Shown here: positions 1-10,460 of the stretch, one piece after another
Layout: each line of letters begins with the position of its first letter
Position numbering within the stretch: position 1 is the first letter of the stretch
Assembly: GCA_965215195.1 (NCBI GenBank)
Contig: CBDCDC010000002.1
Span: forward strand, 2,272,001 to 2,336,000
DNA: 64,000 nt
DNA from: Candidatus Latescibacterota bacterium
GTDB lineage: Bacteria > Latescibacterota > UBA2968 > UBA8231
Direction of reading: 5' to 3'
Translations under genes and position numbers: made by a program
Notes under the pieces: generated by a model
Seen by the model: the letters and a program-made list of their open reading frames with translations, nothing else
Told to the model about the DNA's origin: nothing
Database searches by the model: none

Positions 1-489
1 TTTTAATTCCGGGAAAGGATATCCACCTTCTTGGGCCAGTCGATCAATCGCACCAAAATCGGACTGTATCATAGCCTCGGTCACCCGAAATTCGTCTGGG
101 TGCGTACGCATAATATGAACAACTGCTGCCGGAGCCTCCTCCCAAGGAAGGCCACTGTGCGGGTCTTGGACGTATTCCAAGCGGGGCAAGCAATACTGGA
201 ACCCGCTCGTTACGCCGTTGTAGCACTCAAATAGATGCCAATGGTGAGCTAACCAATCGGGACCCGGTAGCGCATCTCCATCCAAGAAAGCGACTACCTC
301 TCCCCGCGCTTCCGCTATACCGATATTCCGCGCTCGACAGCGTCCTACATTGGTATGCAAGGGAATGACTTTTATGGGAATGTGCTTGTACGCACGTAGA
401 AAATCGCCCGTTCCGTCCGTGCTACCATCGTCTACCACGATAACCTCAAACTGGCCCTCGGAGAATACTTGAACGGCCAAGCCACTTAA
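1..489 (+). pseudogene. Possible degraded CDS remnant (frame 1, several in-frame stops)
   Basis: ORF 31..234 continues in the same frame through stops at 232, 250, 268 and 397 as protein-like text ending ...ATIVYHDNLKLALGEYLNGQAT* near 489; family not recognised. Confidence 0.25.
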
Positions 490-559
490 AACAAGCCGCA
501 ACCGATCGCGCTGGTTATGTGCGGCGATGACGACAGAAATATCCATATAGCTAGCTCCC

Positions 560-3034
560 TTATATACATTCAAAAACCAAGCGGCACTCTTCTCTCAGAG
601 AATCTGGCCGATGAACGTGAGGAAGGCCATTATCTGTATTTAACAATATAAGGACTTGTGGCACTTCCTTGGCGACAGCATTTGAGCATACGATATGGAA
701 GCAGTCCAAATGGCCAAAGAAAAAATCAAAATACGGCTCGCTATTATCTAAAACCTTATGGCGTAATGTCTCACTTTGCACATTAGCCGCCGTCAGTGCT
801 GGCGTACCAATACTGATACCGTGAAATTCAATGGGAACCCATCCCAGACCCGAGATGAAGATCTCTGCCCACGTGTGCCCAAATACCACTTCGTTATACG
901 TTCGGTTCTCGTATGTACTCGGCCCCAGCGGATTGACCGCTATGGCTCCGGCTTGCTCGCGGGCTGGTATTTTTAAGAGACGACAAAGAGCAATAAAGGC
1001 ACGAGATAACGTAATACAATGTCCGCCGTCGTCCGTCAGTGTTTTTAGGGTGCTACACTGATAACATTGGCAGCTATCCTTGGTTTTCTTGAAATGCTTG
1101 TTTTTGGCCAAATAGTAGTATAACGAACGAGCTTTTTCTATGTCGCTCAACGTTCCGTCTATGCCCACATCCTCCCAACAACGGCGAACGAGCGAATGTT
1201 CTGCCAAGGATTCGTCAACGATCGTATAGAACTCGAACATTTCGGGTGTGAGCACCTCTGTTGCTCGACCCATCGCTCTCGAACAAACCGTCAATTCGCA
1301 CACGTACGAAAACGTATATACCTCACCAGAGCTAAAATTACAAACGGCAGGATAGCCGTAGAAAAAACCCGCGTGTGGCAAAAGGTGTTCTTGCATTTCC
1401 ACAGGATGGCAAGATAGCAGCTTTATATTCGTCTGAAAGTCGGTAGCTATTGGGTACGGCAGAAATATCCGCGCATGGTGTGTTGTATCCTCGGCCGCAG
1501 ACAGAGTGAAGGTATAAGTCAGACGCAACTGCTGGCTCTCCATAGCCGAATGGAGTGCATCATTGTTTGGGCGAATGAAGAACGAACGCATCTCCTCACG
1601 CGCCACGTAATCACACTCAAAAAAGCGAGCGTCGTTGTCGTACAGCCAGTTCCACGAATCGAGGCGATCGTACCAGATACCGTCTGGTCTCACTTCATGC
1701 GGCATCTGGCACTTTCGCCCGTTCTCGAGCATCTCTTCAATTTGCTCGTCACGGAGTACCGTACTCAACGACAACTGCCGGGCAAAATCGCGGTGGCTCA
1801 TCTCGTACTGCGGATCGAGCTGGTCTTCTTCAGCCCGACTCATCCAGTACCCATCGACTATATCCGCGACGCGATTCGCGTCCTGCCATTCCGGTATATC
1901 GATAGCAAAAGCACAGCACCGTCTAGCGAATATCGCATAGTGGTTTAACAGTCCCTCGATGCTTTGAACCAGAGCTGTCGGGCGAGCGAAGTCTCGGTGG
2001 CTCAACTTGACACCCAACCCCAGTGCTTGCAGGCGGTCGATGAAATACTCTTGCGTACCATTCGTGGGCAGCCCAATAACTGGTATGCTCTTAAACAGAG
2101 CTTGGTAGAAGAAATCGTGATCTCCGCCGCCGGCGAAGACGGCCGCTTGGGAGGCGGCCTGCGGCAAAAAGTTAGAATCGACGATCTCGCCGCTCTTTAT
2201 TAGGTCAATACGCGCCCCAACAGGCGGAACCACCCACTGCCGAATCCCTTTCACCCCCAGCTTTTGCATGGCCCCTTGAATGGAGGACCAATCAGCCCTC
2301 AACGTTCTGAGATCCCAGTACACCCCCTCCCGCTCCACCTCACCTTGCGCCTCTGCATTGAGCCCTTCAAGTAGTGGTCCTACAAAGAAGTAGTTGGCAG
2401 GCGTCTCCGGTCCCAGTGGATGAACCGCTGGAATATCACAGAGCAGATACAGTTCCCTACAAGTCGTCCCATAAGTACATTCTCGATGTGCGGTACGCTT
2501 AATTATGCCATCCCAAGTACGCACGAACTCAGGTGAGTGAATCGGGTATGAGTATTCGGGCATCGTATAGGCCGACGTTATCCAAACCACATCAATCCCT
2601 TCCAACGCCGCCGTTAAACGCATCGTGGGACGGGAATCGACGATAGCGAGGTCGGGTTTCAAGCGGCCAACTAGCGCTCGCTCGGCTTCCACGCTCTGAT
2701 GGATGGACGAGTCGCAGTCCGCCTCATTCGTACCAAAATCCAGTACTGCTCCCAAGTCTTGTATCGGCGTGTCGAGGTCGTGCAGTGGGAACTCCGCTTG
2801 CCGGACTGGGTCCGCAAACGAACCCGTGCCCGCAAATTCGACGCTGTATCCTCGGCGACGCAGCGTCGTACCCACCACCAAAGCACGGTGTGCGGAAATG
2901 CTATCAAAACCGTGAAAAAAGATCAGTATGGACACTTTGTCTCGCTTTAGACGACATGAGCGTTCCTTTTCCTCAAAGTATCTGATGACCTTGAGGAGTC
3001 CGGCTGCTGTCCGCTGCCGTATTGCGTTGAACAT
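560..3034 (-). CDS. Fusion of N-terminal GT-B glycosyltransferase-like domain and C-terminal transglutaminase-like (Cys protease fold) domain
   Basis: 824 aa; N-half has HRALVVG..LRRRGYSVEFAG, LKPDLAIVDSR and GGGDHDFFYQALFKSIPVIGLP (GT1/GT28-like); C-half has GGHCITLSRAFIALCRLLKIPAR, GHTWAEI and GWVPIEF (transglutaminase core). Confidence 0.75.
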   Translation of the reverse strand: MFNAIRQRTAAGLLKVIRYFEEKERSCRLKRDKVSILIFFHGFDSISAHRALVVGTTLRRRGYSVEFAGTGSFADPVRQAEFPLHDLDTPIQDLGAVLDFGTNEADCDSSIHQSVEAERALVGRLKPDLAIVDSRPTMRLTAALEGIDVVWITSAYTMPEYSYPIHSPEFVRTWDGIIKRTAHRECTYGTTCRELYLLCDIPAVHPLGPETPANYFFVGPLLEGLNAEAQGEVEREGVYWDLRTLRADWSSIQGAMQKLGVKGIRQWVVPPVGARIDLIKSGEIVDSNFLPQAASQAAVFAGGGDHDFFYQALFKSIPVIGLPTNGTQEYFIDRLQALGLGVKLSHRDFARPTALVQSIEGLLNHYAIFARRCCAFAIDIPEWQDANRVADIVDGYWMSRAEEDQLDPQYEMSHRDFARQLSLSTVLRDEQIEEMLENGRKCQMPHEVRPDGIWYDRLDSWNWLYDNDARFFECDYVAREEMRSFFIRPNNDALHSAMESQQLRLTYTFTLSAAEDTTHHARIFLPYPIATDFQTNIKLLSCHPVEMQEHLLPHAGFFYGYPAVCNFSSGEVYTFSYVCELTVCSRAMGRATEVLTPEMFEFYTIVDESLAEHSLVRRCWEDVGIDGTLSDIEKARSLYYYLAKNKHFKKTKDSCQCYQCSTLKTLTDDGGHCITLSRAFIALCRLLKIPAREQAGAIAVNPLGPSTYENRTYNEVVFGHTWAEIFISGLGWVPIEFHGISIGTPALTAANVQSETLRHKVLDNSEPYFDFFFGHLDCFHIVCSNAVAKEVPQVLILLNTDNGLPHVHRPDSLREECRLVFECI

Positions 3035-3045
3035 CGTCCCCTCCT

Positions 3046-4251
3046 TTACATTCGGCCACTCGTCCTCAGCAGCTCTTCTACAAACTCAACCTTGTCGTCT
3101 CGCTGGAGTTCGCGGTATAGTTCCAGTGCTTGCCGCCACTGAAGCAAGGCATCAAAAGGAGCCTGATTCGATGTATAGGCCATCCCCAAGCGAACTCTAA
3201 CGTCGGCTACGGCCTCCAAGTCCGATACTTTCTCAAACAGTTGCACGGCCTGCCGATACGCCTCCTCTGCCGCATGAAAGTTTTCAACGTTCATATAGTT
3301 ATCGCCCAAAAGAGCCGCTTGTACTGCCCGGCCTTTGTTGTCCCCAATCGCGTCAAACAGTTCCCTAGCCTGATGGAATAACGCCGTGGCTTCTCGCAGG
3401 TCGCCTTTCTCCCACAGCACCTGCCCAATACCATCTAGGGTACGAGCCTCAAACTGTTTATTGCCTAATTTTCGTTGGGTGGCCAGCGTCCGACGATACA
3501 TTTCTTCTGCCTCATCAAATCGACCCATCTGGCTATAGACGCCTCCCAAGACGCTATAATGAGGAGCCAAGCCCTCGTCGCGCTGGAGCCGCTCCTCGAT
3601 CGCAAGGCCCTTTTTGAGGATGGCTTCGGCGTCGGCTAAACGTTCCTGTCCAAGATAGACCATACCCAAGCCCTGATAGTGGCCGGAAACACCCGGTAGA
3701 TCGCCGAGTTCTTGGCACACTTCTAGTCCCTGCTGGAAGTAGCCCTCGGCCTCTTCCGGTTTGTTCTGTTGGAGCACCAACCGTCCCAAGTTGCCGCATT
3801 CTTCCGCCCAATAGGCCCTATTGCCCAACGCCTCGTGAAGTTGCTGAGCGCGGATGTGCAATTCTCGTGCCTCTGCAATTTTTCCTTGGAGATGGGCGAC
3901 AAAGCCTCTATTGCTATAGTTGACGGCCAGACGCTCGTCATCGCGGCGTTGGCTATTGATCGCAAAGGCTTTATTGAGATAGTCAACCGCCTCGTCCATC
4001 CGTCCCATGACTTGGTACATCAGTCCCAAGCCGCTGCACGCATCAGCTTCCATCTCCCGGTCCTGCCACTGCCGTGCCTTCGCAAGGGCTCTTTTATATA
4101 GGGCTTCGGCTCTGTCGAGTTCTCCTTGTTCCTTGTAATAGCGACCCAAAAGGAGACAAGCCTTCGCTTGGGTGCGCATATCGCGGTCTTGTGCGACCCG
4201 TGCCCGCTGGATCGCTACGTCGCGTTCAGCAATTAACGGAATGATTTCCAT
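3046..4251 (-). CDS. Tetratricopeptide repeat protein
   Basis: 401 aa made almost entirely of ~40-aa TPR repeats (LG..Y..QG.LD.AE.LY.RAL). Confidence 0.9.
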   Translation of the reverse strand: MEIIPLIAERDVAIQRARVAQDRDMRTQAKACLLLGRYYKEQGELDRAEALYKRALAKARQWQDREMEADACSGLGLMYQVMGRMDEAVDYLNKAFAINSQRRDDERLAVNYSNRGFVAHLQGKIAEARELHIRAQQLHEALGNRAYWAEECGNLGRLVLQQNKPEEAEGYFQQGLEVCQELGDLPGVSGHYQGLGMVYLGQERLADAEAILKKGLAIEERLQRDEGLAPHYSVLGGVYSQMGRFDEAEEMYRRTLATQRKLGNKQFEARTLDGIGQVLWEKGDLREATALFHQARELFDAIGDNKGRAVQAALLGDNYMNVENFHAAEEAYRQAVQLFEKVSDLEAVADVRVRLGMAYTSNQAPFDALLQWRQALELYRELQRDDKVEFVEELLRTSGRM

Positions 4252-4303
4252 ACCTCGCAGTGCCCTCCTCGGTTACAGCTTTTGCACGGCTTCCCATAAA
4301 CCA

Positions 4304-6697
4304 CTATTCGCTCTTGAGTGTCTGAGTCGGGTTGGTCTGCACCGCTTTGCTGGTTTGCAAAACGACGGTGATTATAACGGTCAAGGCCTGAATCAGACTC
4401 CCCAGCAAAAATGCCCACCCAGCGGAATCGATTTGATACGCAAAATGCTGTAGCCAGACTTGATTGGTCATATAAGCGACAGGCCAAGCAATCAGATTGG
4501 CGACGACCAGCCAAGCCAAAACGGGTCTCATCAGCAAGTACACCAGACCCGCTGAAGAGGCCCCCAGCACTTTGCGAATGCCGATTTCCTTCAGGCGCTG
4601 CTCAACCGAAAAAGAGGCCAGCCCCAACACACCCAAGCAAATGATCACAATAGACAGAGTGCTGAAAAAGCCGATCAGACGAGATATCCGCTCTTCTTCG
4701 TGGTAGAATTGAGCGAACACTTCGTCAAGAAAATAGTATTGAAAGGGCTCGTCGGGCACGAACTCGTGCGTCTTGGCTTTGAGAAACGCCAAGGCACCGG
4801 ATATGTCGCCCGGGTCGATTCTGACCGTGAGATGTTTGATAGCAAGCACGTTCTGCATATTCCACCGCAGACCAATTACCAGCGGTTCGATAGAATGATG
4901 CAAAGACTGGTAGTGAAAATCCTTGACTACGCCGATAACCTTGCTCGAAGCAGACTGACGCTGTGACCAAGTGCGTACCAAGCGTTTACCGACCGGGTTT
5001 TTCCATCCAAAGAACTTGGCGGCCGATTCGTTGATGATGAAGGCGTCATGCTCATCCGAGGGGAAATCTGCTGAAAAATTGCGCCCGGCGATCAGCTCCA
5101 AACCCATGGTTTCCAAGTAGGTATAACCGACATCAATAGTATTTATATTTACCTCATCCTGTCCCTGCGGAGTAAATATGCCCTTCATATCCGAGACACC
5201 GGGTGATCCAAAAGTACCTGATACGTTCAAAATTCTCGGATCCTGCAAATACTCGGCAATGCTCGCTGGCTGTAAGGTCTGCGCAGGAATTACGACCACC
5301 TGTTCCCTATCAAACCCCAAGTCGTGACTTCTCATAAATGCCAATTGATTGTGCAAGGCAAGCGTGGTGATAATGAGGACGATGGAGAGCGCGAATTGGA
5401 AAATGACCAACGTTCTTCTCAGGAAACCGGCCGTGACCCCACCTTGAGTGTGCCCCCCCAAGGTGGCCGCAGGGTTGAACTTGGCCAAGAAAAAGGCGGG
5501 ATACAAACCAGAAATTAGACCGATGCACACGATAGAAGCGATCAGCCAGAGACCATAGTCTATCGCAAGGCGAAAAGCATCTACCTCTACATCCGCAAGA
5601 AATCTACTTACATAAGGCCATGAGCACAGTACTAGCACTAGACTGACCAGAAATGCAAGGAACGTCAAAAGAAGCGTTTCACCCAAGAACTGCTGAACTA
5701 GTTGTGATTGCACACCGCCCAGTGCTTTCCGCAGCCCCACTTCTTTTGCCCGTTGGGTAAACCGAAAAGTTGAAACATTGACATAATTGATACACACAAT
5801 AAGCAAAATGACCAGTGCAATACCCATCAAAAGGTACAGGTACCGGACATCTCGGTTGGAACTCAGTTCATCCTCGAAATGGGAATAGAGGTGGATGTCT
5901 TGTAAAGGTTGTAGAAAAAGTTGCATCCTCCGTTCTTCCAAATGGTATTTATATCGTTCCAAAAACGAAGGAAATTTGTTCTCCAAAACTTCCGGAGAGG
6001 CGTTTTCGTCCAGCCGAATGTAGGTGTAGTGCCAAGAGTCATTTATGTCCCTGCGGAGTTTGAATTCCTTTATCGACGCGACAAAATCAAATTTGAAGTG
6101 GGTGTTAGATGGGAGATCTTGGACCACGCCCGTAACTAGGTATTCATGTGTACTATTCTGACCTATTCCGATGTGCAGGGTTTTACCCATCGGACTATCG
6201 ATCCCGAAGTACTTCGAGGCGGTCTGTTTCGTCAAAACAATGGAATAGGGTTCCTCTAGTACCGTTTGTGCATCACCTTCTGTCAGGGGAAAGGAGAAAA
6301 AATCAAAAAACATCGGGTCTGCAAAGTAAACCTGATCCTCCAAAAAGTGTTTGTCCTGATAGTGAACGGACATGACAGGCTCGCCGTAGTAGCCGCGACA
6401 GACGCGTACAATATCTTCGATTTCTGGAAAATCACTTTTCAATAAAGGGGCCATGGAGTGCCCAATCGAAGCACGACCATGTCGGATGCCCGTCCGTTTT
6501 TCGATTATATCCTTTCTAACTCGATACAGACGTTCCGCGTTTTCGTGGAAGGCATCGTAGCTCATCTCATGCACAATAAAGACAAACGCGATAATGAAGC
6601 AGGCAAAACCGATCGCGAGTCCCGACACACTGATCGACGAGTGCATTTTGTGTCGAAATAGGCTTCGCAGTGCCAACGTCAAGTAACTTCGCAGCAT
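4304..6697 (-). CDS. ABC transporter permease, MacB/FtsX-like duplicated type
   Basis: 797 aa; MLRSYLTLALRSL start, EMSYDAFHEN, LQPLQDIHL, RAKEVGLRKALG, RLKEIGIRKVLGAS. Confidence 0.92.
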   Translation of the reverse strand: MLRSYLTLALRSLFRHKMHSSISVSGLAIGFACFIIAFVFIVHEMSYDAFHENAERLYRVRKDIIEKRTGIRHGRASIGHSMAPLLKSDFPEIEDIVRVCRGYYGEPVMSVHYQDKHFLEDQVYFADPMFFDFFSFPLTEGDAQTVLEEPYSIVLTKQTASKYFGIDSPMGKTLHIGIGQNSTHEYLVTGVVQDLPSNTHFKFDFVASIKEFKLRRDINDSWHYTYIRLDENASPEVLENKFPSFLERYKYHLEERRMQLFLQPLQDIHLYSHFEDELSSNRDVRYLYLLMGIALVILLIVCINYVNVSTFRFTQRAKEVGLRKALGGVQSQLVQQFLGETLLLTFLAFLVSLVLVLCSWPYVSRFLADVEVDAFRLAIDYGLWLIASIVCIGLISGLYPAFFLAKFNPAATLGGHTQGGVTAGFLRRTLVIFQFALSIVLIITTLALHNQLAFMRSHDLGFDREQVVVIPAQTLQPASIAEYLQDPRILNVSGTFGSPGVSDMKGIFTPQGQDEVNINTIDVGYTYLETMGLELIAGRNFSADFPSDEHDAFIINESAAKFFGWKNPVGKRLVRTWSQRQSASSKVIGVVKDFHYQSLHHSIEPLVIGLRWNMQNVLAIKHLTVRIDPGDISGALAFLKAKTHEFVPDEPFQYYFLDEVFAQFYHEEERISRLIGFFSTLSIVIICLGVLGLASFSVEQRLKEIGIRKVLGASSAGLVYLLMRPVLAWLVVANLIAWPVAYMTNQVWLQHFAYQIDSAGWAFLLGSLIQALTVIITVVLQTSKAVQTNPTQTLKSE

Positions 6698-6753
6698 ACC
6701 AACCTCACTTTCCGGAGCCAGTCTGACTCCTAAAGAAAGAGGACGCTAGGAAC

Positions 6754-6891
6754 TCAGTCTCGATAATAATTCAAAGCAAATTTTACAATCGATGGATAAA
6801 AATTAAACATCCAAGCGGCGAGTGCCATCATAATGCCCAAGCTGACAGCCAATAAGCCCACAGCCGCTTTTGTAGAGTAATTGTGTCCCAT
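6754..6891 (-). CDS. 45-aa single-TM membrane peptide (MGHNYSTKAAVGLLAVSLGIMMALAAWMFNFYPSIVKFALNYYRD)
   Basis: Strong SD (GAGGAGG) upstream of ATG 6891; hydrophobic core; co-oriented within the operon. Confidence 0.6.
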   Translation of the reverse strand: MGHNYSTKAAVGLLAVSLGIMMALAAWMFNFYPSIVKFALNYYRD

Positions 6892-6935
6892 CGCGAATCT
6901 CCTCCTCAATCTAGTTTCCGGCTCTACCCGCGCTC

Positions 6936-7722
6936 TTACTTCAGCTTCCTGATTGCCCGCACTAACTGCGGGCAACCCCCTTCCAATTTTTCGGATAACC
7001 GCATACGGCGCACCCAAGCCGACGATACCCAATTGTGCAGCCGATCCCCCTTGCCCCTCAACTTCGCTATTGCGCCTTGAAAATCGTCGTGTTCGTACAG
7101 CTCGCGCCGCCTGAGAAAATGCGGATCCGATTGATTCGTGTTGGTCCCCGCGACCGTGCTACAGGCCCCGGCATAACCGCACTCAACCACCACGCGCCGC
7201 ACACGTGCCGTCGCCAGCCCTCGCGGGTACGCGAAATACCGCACCGCACTCCACGACAGCGGCTTTCAGATATTTGGCCGACCCGCGGATGTCCATGGAC
7301 CGCTTATCGACCAGTTCGGTAGGACTCCACATCACTAATTTTTGCCAGTCCACCGCCGACATTGCAGTACAGTAGAGCGCCACCCAAGCACCAAAGCATT
7401 GGGCCACACACGAGACCTCGTCGATATCCACTTCGCTTTCCAAGAAGCGGACGCTCTTTACACAATCGCCAACCGGAGTGAATTTGTCGCCAGCTTCGCT
7501 GTTGCCCCGTCCCCCGAAATCGAACCGGAGACAGTGGAAGCCGGCACGCGCCAATTGGCGCGCCCCGTACACGTACATGCTATGGTCTCCGAACAGGAAA
7601 TCCGGTTCGCCGGGGACGAAGAGCACGCCTTGCCGCAGGTCGCGCCCGGGACTGGGCCGATGCAATACGCCGAGGAGTTGGCTGTTTTCTCCTTGATAGA
7701 CAACAGGTTGCTCGTTGGTCAT
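6936..7722 (-). pseudogene. Alpha/beta hydrolase resembling exosortase-system-associated hydrolase 1, with a frameshift near 7262
   Basis: LLGVLHRP, ARQLARAGFHCLRFDFGGRGNSE, nucleophile elbow AQCFG; ORF 7183..7722 appears to continue in the frame of 6936..7244 (..KYLK / PLSWSAVRYFAY..). Confidence 0.65.
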
Positions 7723-7783
7723 GGGTTGCCCCTTTGTTGCGAACCTAGTTTTTGCCGAATCTTCGGTCCTCCGCTAGCCTTTC

Positions 7784-10267
7784 CTACTCCCTCTGCAAGC
7801 CCTTGGCGAGCGGTTCCCGCATCAAGGCGACCGTGTGCAACAACACCCCCGCCCCGGCCGTGGCCGCCGCGGCCAAACTTCCCAACCCCAAGAACACCCA
7901 CACATCGTCTATCCGCTGCGAGAAATGGCTCAGCCACTCTTCGACGCCCAAATACGCCAAGGGCCCTATCAGCAAGCACCCAGCCAACACCAGCCACAGT
8001 AGCCGCCGCGCCAACAGACTGGCCACATGCCGACCCTGTGCGCCCAAGGTCCGCATGAAGGCGATATTGCGCCGCTGATGGGACACCGTGATCGCCGTCA
8101 GGCCGTAGGCTCCCAGCGCAGCGATGAGCACGGCCAAGAGGGCTGATCCGCCGACGACCCATAGCCAGATCAGGTCGTCTCGGTAGTACGCGGCCGAGTG
8201 GTCATCGAGCCACGACAGGTACAGTACTTCGTCGTCTGGGGAGACAGCTTTCCACTCGCGCTCAATGTGCTCAAGGGCCTCATTACCCGCCTTGGGGTCA
8301 AGGCGTATGAAGAGTAATTCATGATCTTTTATGTTGGAGTCGAGCAAGAGCACACCTGGTTCGACGTCGCTTTTTAACGAATAGAAGTAATAGTCGCTCA
8401 GCACACCTACGACGCGGCCCTCTCCATTGGGCATCCGGCGGCCTAGCCGTTTAGTAAACTTCACGACTTGACCGATGGGTTGGTCCCAACCGGCGCGGGC
8501 TACAAAGGTCTCATTGACCAATATGTCCGCTTGGTCCGGGCCCAAATCTGCGCCCTGCACGAGTTGGAGGCCGAGCGTCTCGACAAAACTCGAGTCCACC
8601 CTTAGACACTGCGCCTCGATAGTACGATCCTCAGCGGGCAATATCGCCTCTCGCAGCCGCGGCGTTCCCGTCTCTAGGAAATGATCCTCACTCAGAGCCA
8701 CCGACTTGATTCCACTATGGGCGAGCAGCCCCTCCTTGAGTAGATGCCGGAGCCTGCTGTCGATGGCCTCCGGCAATGCATCAGTGTTGAGCATCAGCAC
8801 ATCATCGGCCGCAAAGCCCAGATCGAGGGCGTGCAGGTGGTGCAGTTGCCGAGCCATCACCAAGCTCGTGCCCGCCAGCCCAGCACAGGCGGCGAACTGC
8901 ATCACCACCAAGGCACTGCCCAAAGCCGAATTGCGACTGAGCAAACTGGTCCCGCACAGGGCCTCACTGGGATTGGTCCGCGCAAGAATTAGACTGGGAT
9001 AGGCAGCAGCCAGCAGACTGGTGAGCACCAACAGGACTAACCCGCCAACGATGAAGGGGGGGTCAAGGTAGGAGAGGCGCAGGTCTTGACCCAACATCGC
9101 GTTGAACGCCGGCAGCAGCACCTCGCCGAGAGCCAAGCTGATCACCAGCGACACGCCACACACCACCACCGTCTCCATCCAGAACTGCACAGGCAGTTGC
9201 CAACGGGTGGCTCCCAAGGCGACGCGTACACCGACTTCTAGCCCGCGAGCACTCGCCCGGGCCGTGGCGAGGTTGACGTAGTTGACTACGGCGACGGCCA
9301 GTAGGAGCACGGCGATGGCCAAGACGATATAGGTTTCCAGCGGGTCGCGTGGCGGTGCGATACCCTCGTATCCTTTACTCTGCGTCACGTCGGTGCCTAT
9401 GTGCATGGCCGACAGGGGTTGCAACTCCACGCTAAATTCCACCTTGCGGGCTCTCATTCTGCCGATTGATTCGGGGGGGGTGTTTTCAAGCATCAACTGC
9501 CGCATCAACGCTTCAGCCTGCTCCCGGTCATCGCCGTTGGCGTCTTCCCGTAGCCGGACAAATAGGATGCACTTTCGGTCCCAGAAGTCATCAATCCAGC
9601 GCCACAGGATCTCCGAGTTGTGAAAGGGCAACAGGATATTCAACTGGATCGATGAGTTAGCTGGCGACGGAGCAACCACTGCTTGGATGGTGTATCCCTT
9701 GAGCTCATGTTTGGGCCACCCTACCTCAATCTGCACCACCTGCCCCACCGCTGGCTCGTCGCCGAAGTAGCGGCGAGCGAAATCGCGGCTGACGACGATG
9801 CCGTCTTTTACCCTCAAGGCTGTTCGCGGATCGCCCGCTTCAAAGGCGAAAGTGAACATCTCAAAGAAATTTTCGTCCACGAGCAAAAACGGCTCGTCGT
9901 TCCACGTATCGTCTCGTCGCACGCGGATTCGCCGAAGTTCCAAGCTTGTGCCTCGGCCGGAAACTAACCGGACTGTTTCCTCAACTTGGGGCACGGCGTT
10001 CTGGATCGCCTCGGCCATGGCGACCGGGGTGTAATCTCCCATCTTTCTACGATCCTTGCCCGGGTATTTGGAGTTGAGCACCACTCGGTACAGGTGCGCC
10101 CCGTTCTCGTGGAAGCGGTCGTAGGTCCACTCGTGCGACACCAGCGTATAGGCTAAGATGCAGAAGCCAAAGGCCAGCGACAGACTGCACACTTCAATGA
10201 AGCTCAGTAGCTTGTGCCGTCGCAGGATGCGCATGGCGATCTGTAAGTAATTGCCGATCATTCGCAT
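7784..10267 (-). CDS. ABC transporter permease, MacB/FtsX-like duplicated type
   Basis: 827 aa; NYLQIAMRILRRHK, EWTYDRFHEN, LQPLSAMHI, RGLEVGVRVALGA; SD AGGAG upstream. Confidence 0.9.
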   Translation of the reverse strand: MRMIGNYLQIAMRILRRHKLLSFIEVCSLSLAFGFCILAYTLVSHEWTYDRFHENGAHLYRVVLNSKYPGKDRRKMGDYTPVAMAEAIQNAVPQVEETVRLVSGRGTSLELRRIRVRRDDTWNDEPFLLVDENFFEMFTFAFEAGDPRTALRVKDGIVVSRDFARRYFGDEPAVGQVVQIEVGWPKHELKGYTIQAVVAPSPANSSIQLNILLPFHNSEILWRWIDDFWDRKCILFVRLREDANGDDREQAEALMRQLMLENTPPESIGRMRARKVEFSVELQPLSAMHIGTDVTQSKGYEGIAPPRDPLETYIVLAIAVLLLAVAVVNYVNLATARASARGLEVGVRVALGATRWQLPVQFWMETVVVCGVSLVISLALGEVLLPAFNAMLGQDLRLSYLDPPFIVGGLVLLVLTSLLAAAYPSLILARTNPSEALCGTSLLSRNSALGSALVVMQFAACAGLAGTSLVMARQLHHLHALDLGFAADDVLMLNTDALPEAIDSRLRHLLKEGLLAHSGIKSVALSEDHFLETGTPRLREAILPAEDRTIEAQCLRVDSSFVETLGLQLVQGADLGPDQADILVNETFVARAGWDQPIGQVVKFTKRLGRRMPNGEGRVVGVLSDYYFYSLKSDVEPGVLLLDSNIKDHELLFIRLDPKAGNEALEHIEREWKAVSPDDEVLYLSWLDDHSAAYYRDDLIWLWVVGGSALLAVLIAALGAYGLTAITVSHQRRNIAFMRTLGAQGRHVASLLARRLLWLVLAGCLLIGPLAYLGVEEWLSHFSQRIDDVWVFLGLGSLAAAATAGAGVLLHTVALMREPLAKGLQRE

Positions 10268-10341
10268 GGTTTCTGCTCCTGTGTTTCGCTACACTCGCTG
10301 TGCTCACTTGACGAAAACCAGCACACCCCCGTCAGCCTCTC

Positions 10342-10415
10342 TCACTCGCTCCGCAAGCCTTTAGTGAGCGGTTCCCGCTGTGCAATACCGCCGCAGCCAA
10401 ACTTCCCAACCCGAG
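10342..10415 (-). pseudogene. Remnant 3' end of a paralogous MacB-like permease gene
   Basis: tcactcgctccgcaagcctttagtgagcggttcccgc and ccgccgcagccaaacttcccaaccc align with the stop-proximal region of the 7784..10267 gene (7784-7890), with internal deletions. Confidence 0.75.
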
Positions 10416-10460
10416 CTCCTTTCCGCCCAAGTTGGATTCGACCCTTTTACCCAAAAGGAA

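Noticed and set aside
1-489. Stop-codon recoding suggested by repeated in-frame TAG
   Set aside because: A TAA also interrupts the frame and TAG terminates many normal genes in the window; decay is the simpler explanation
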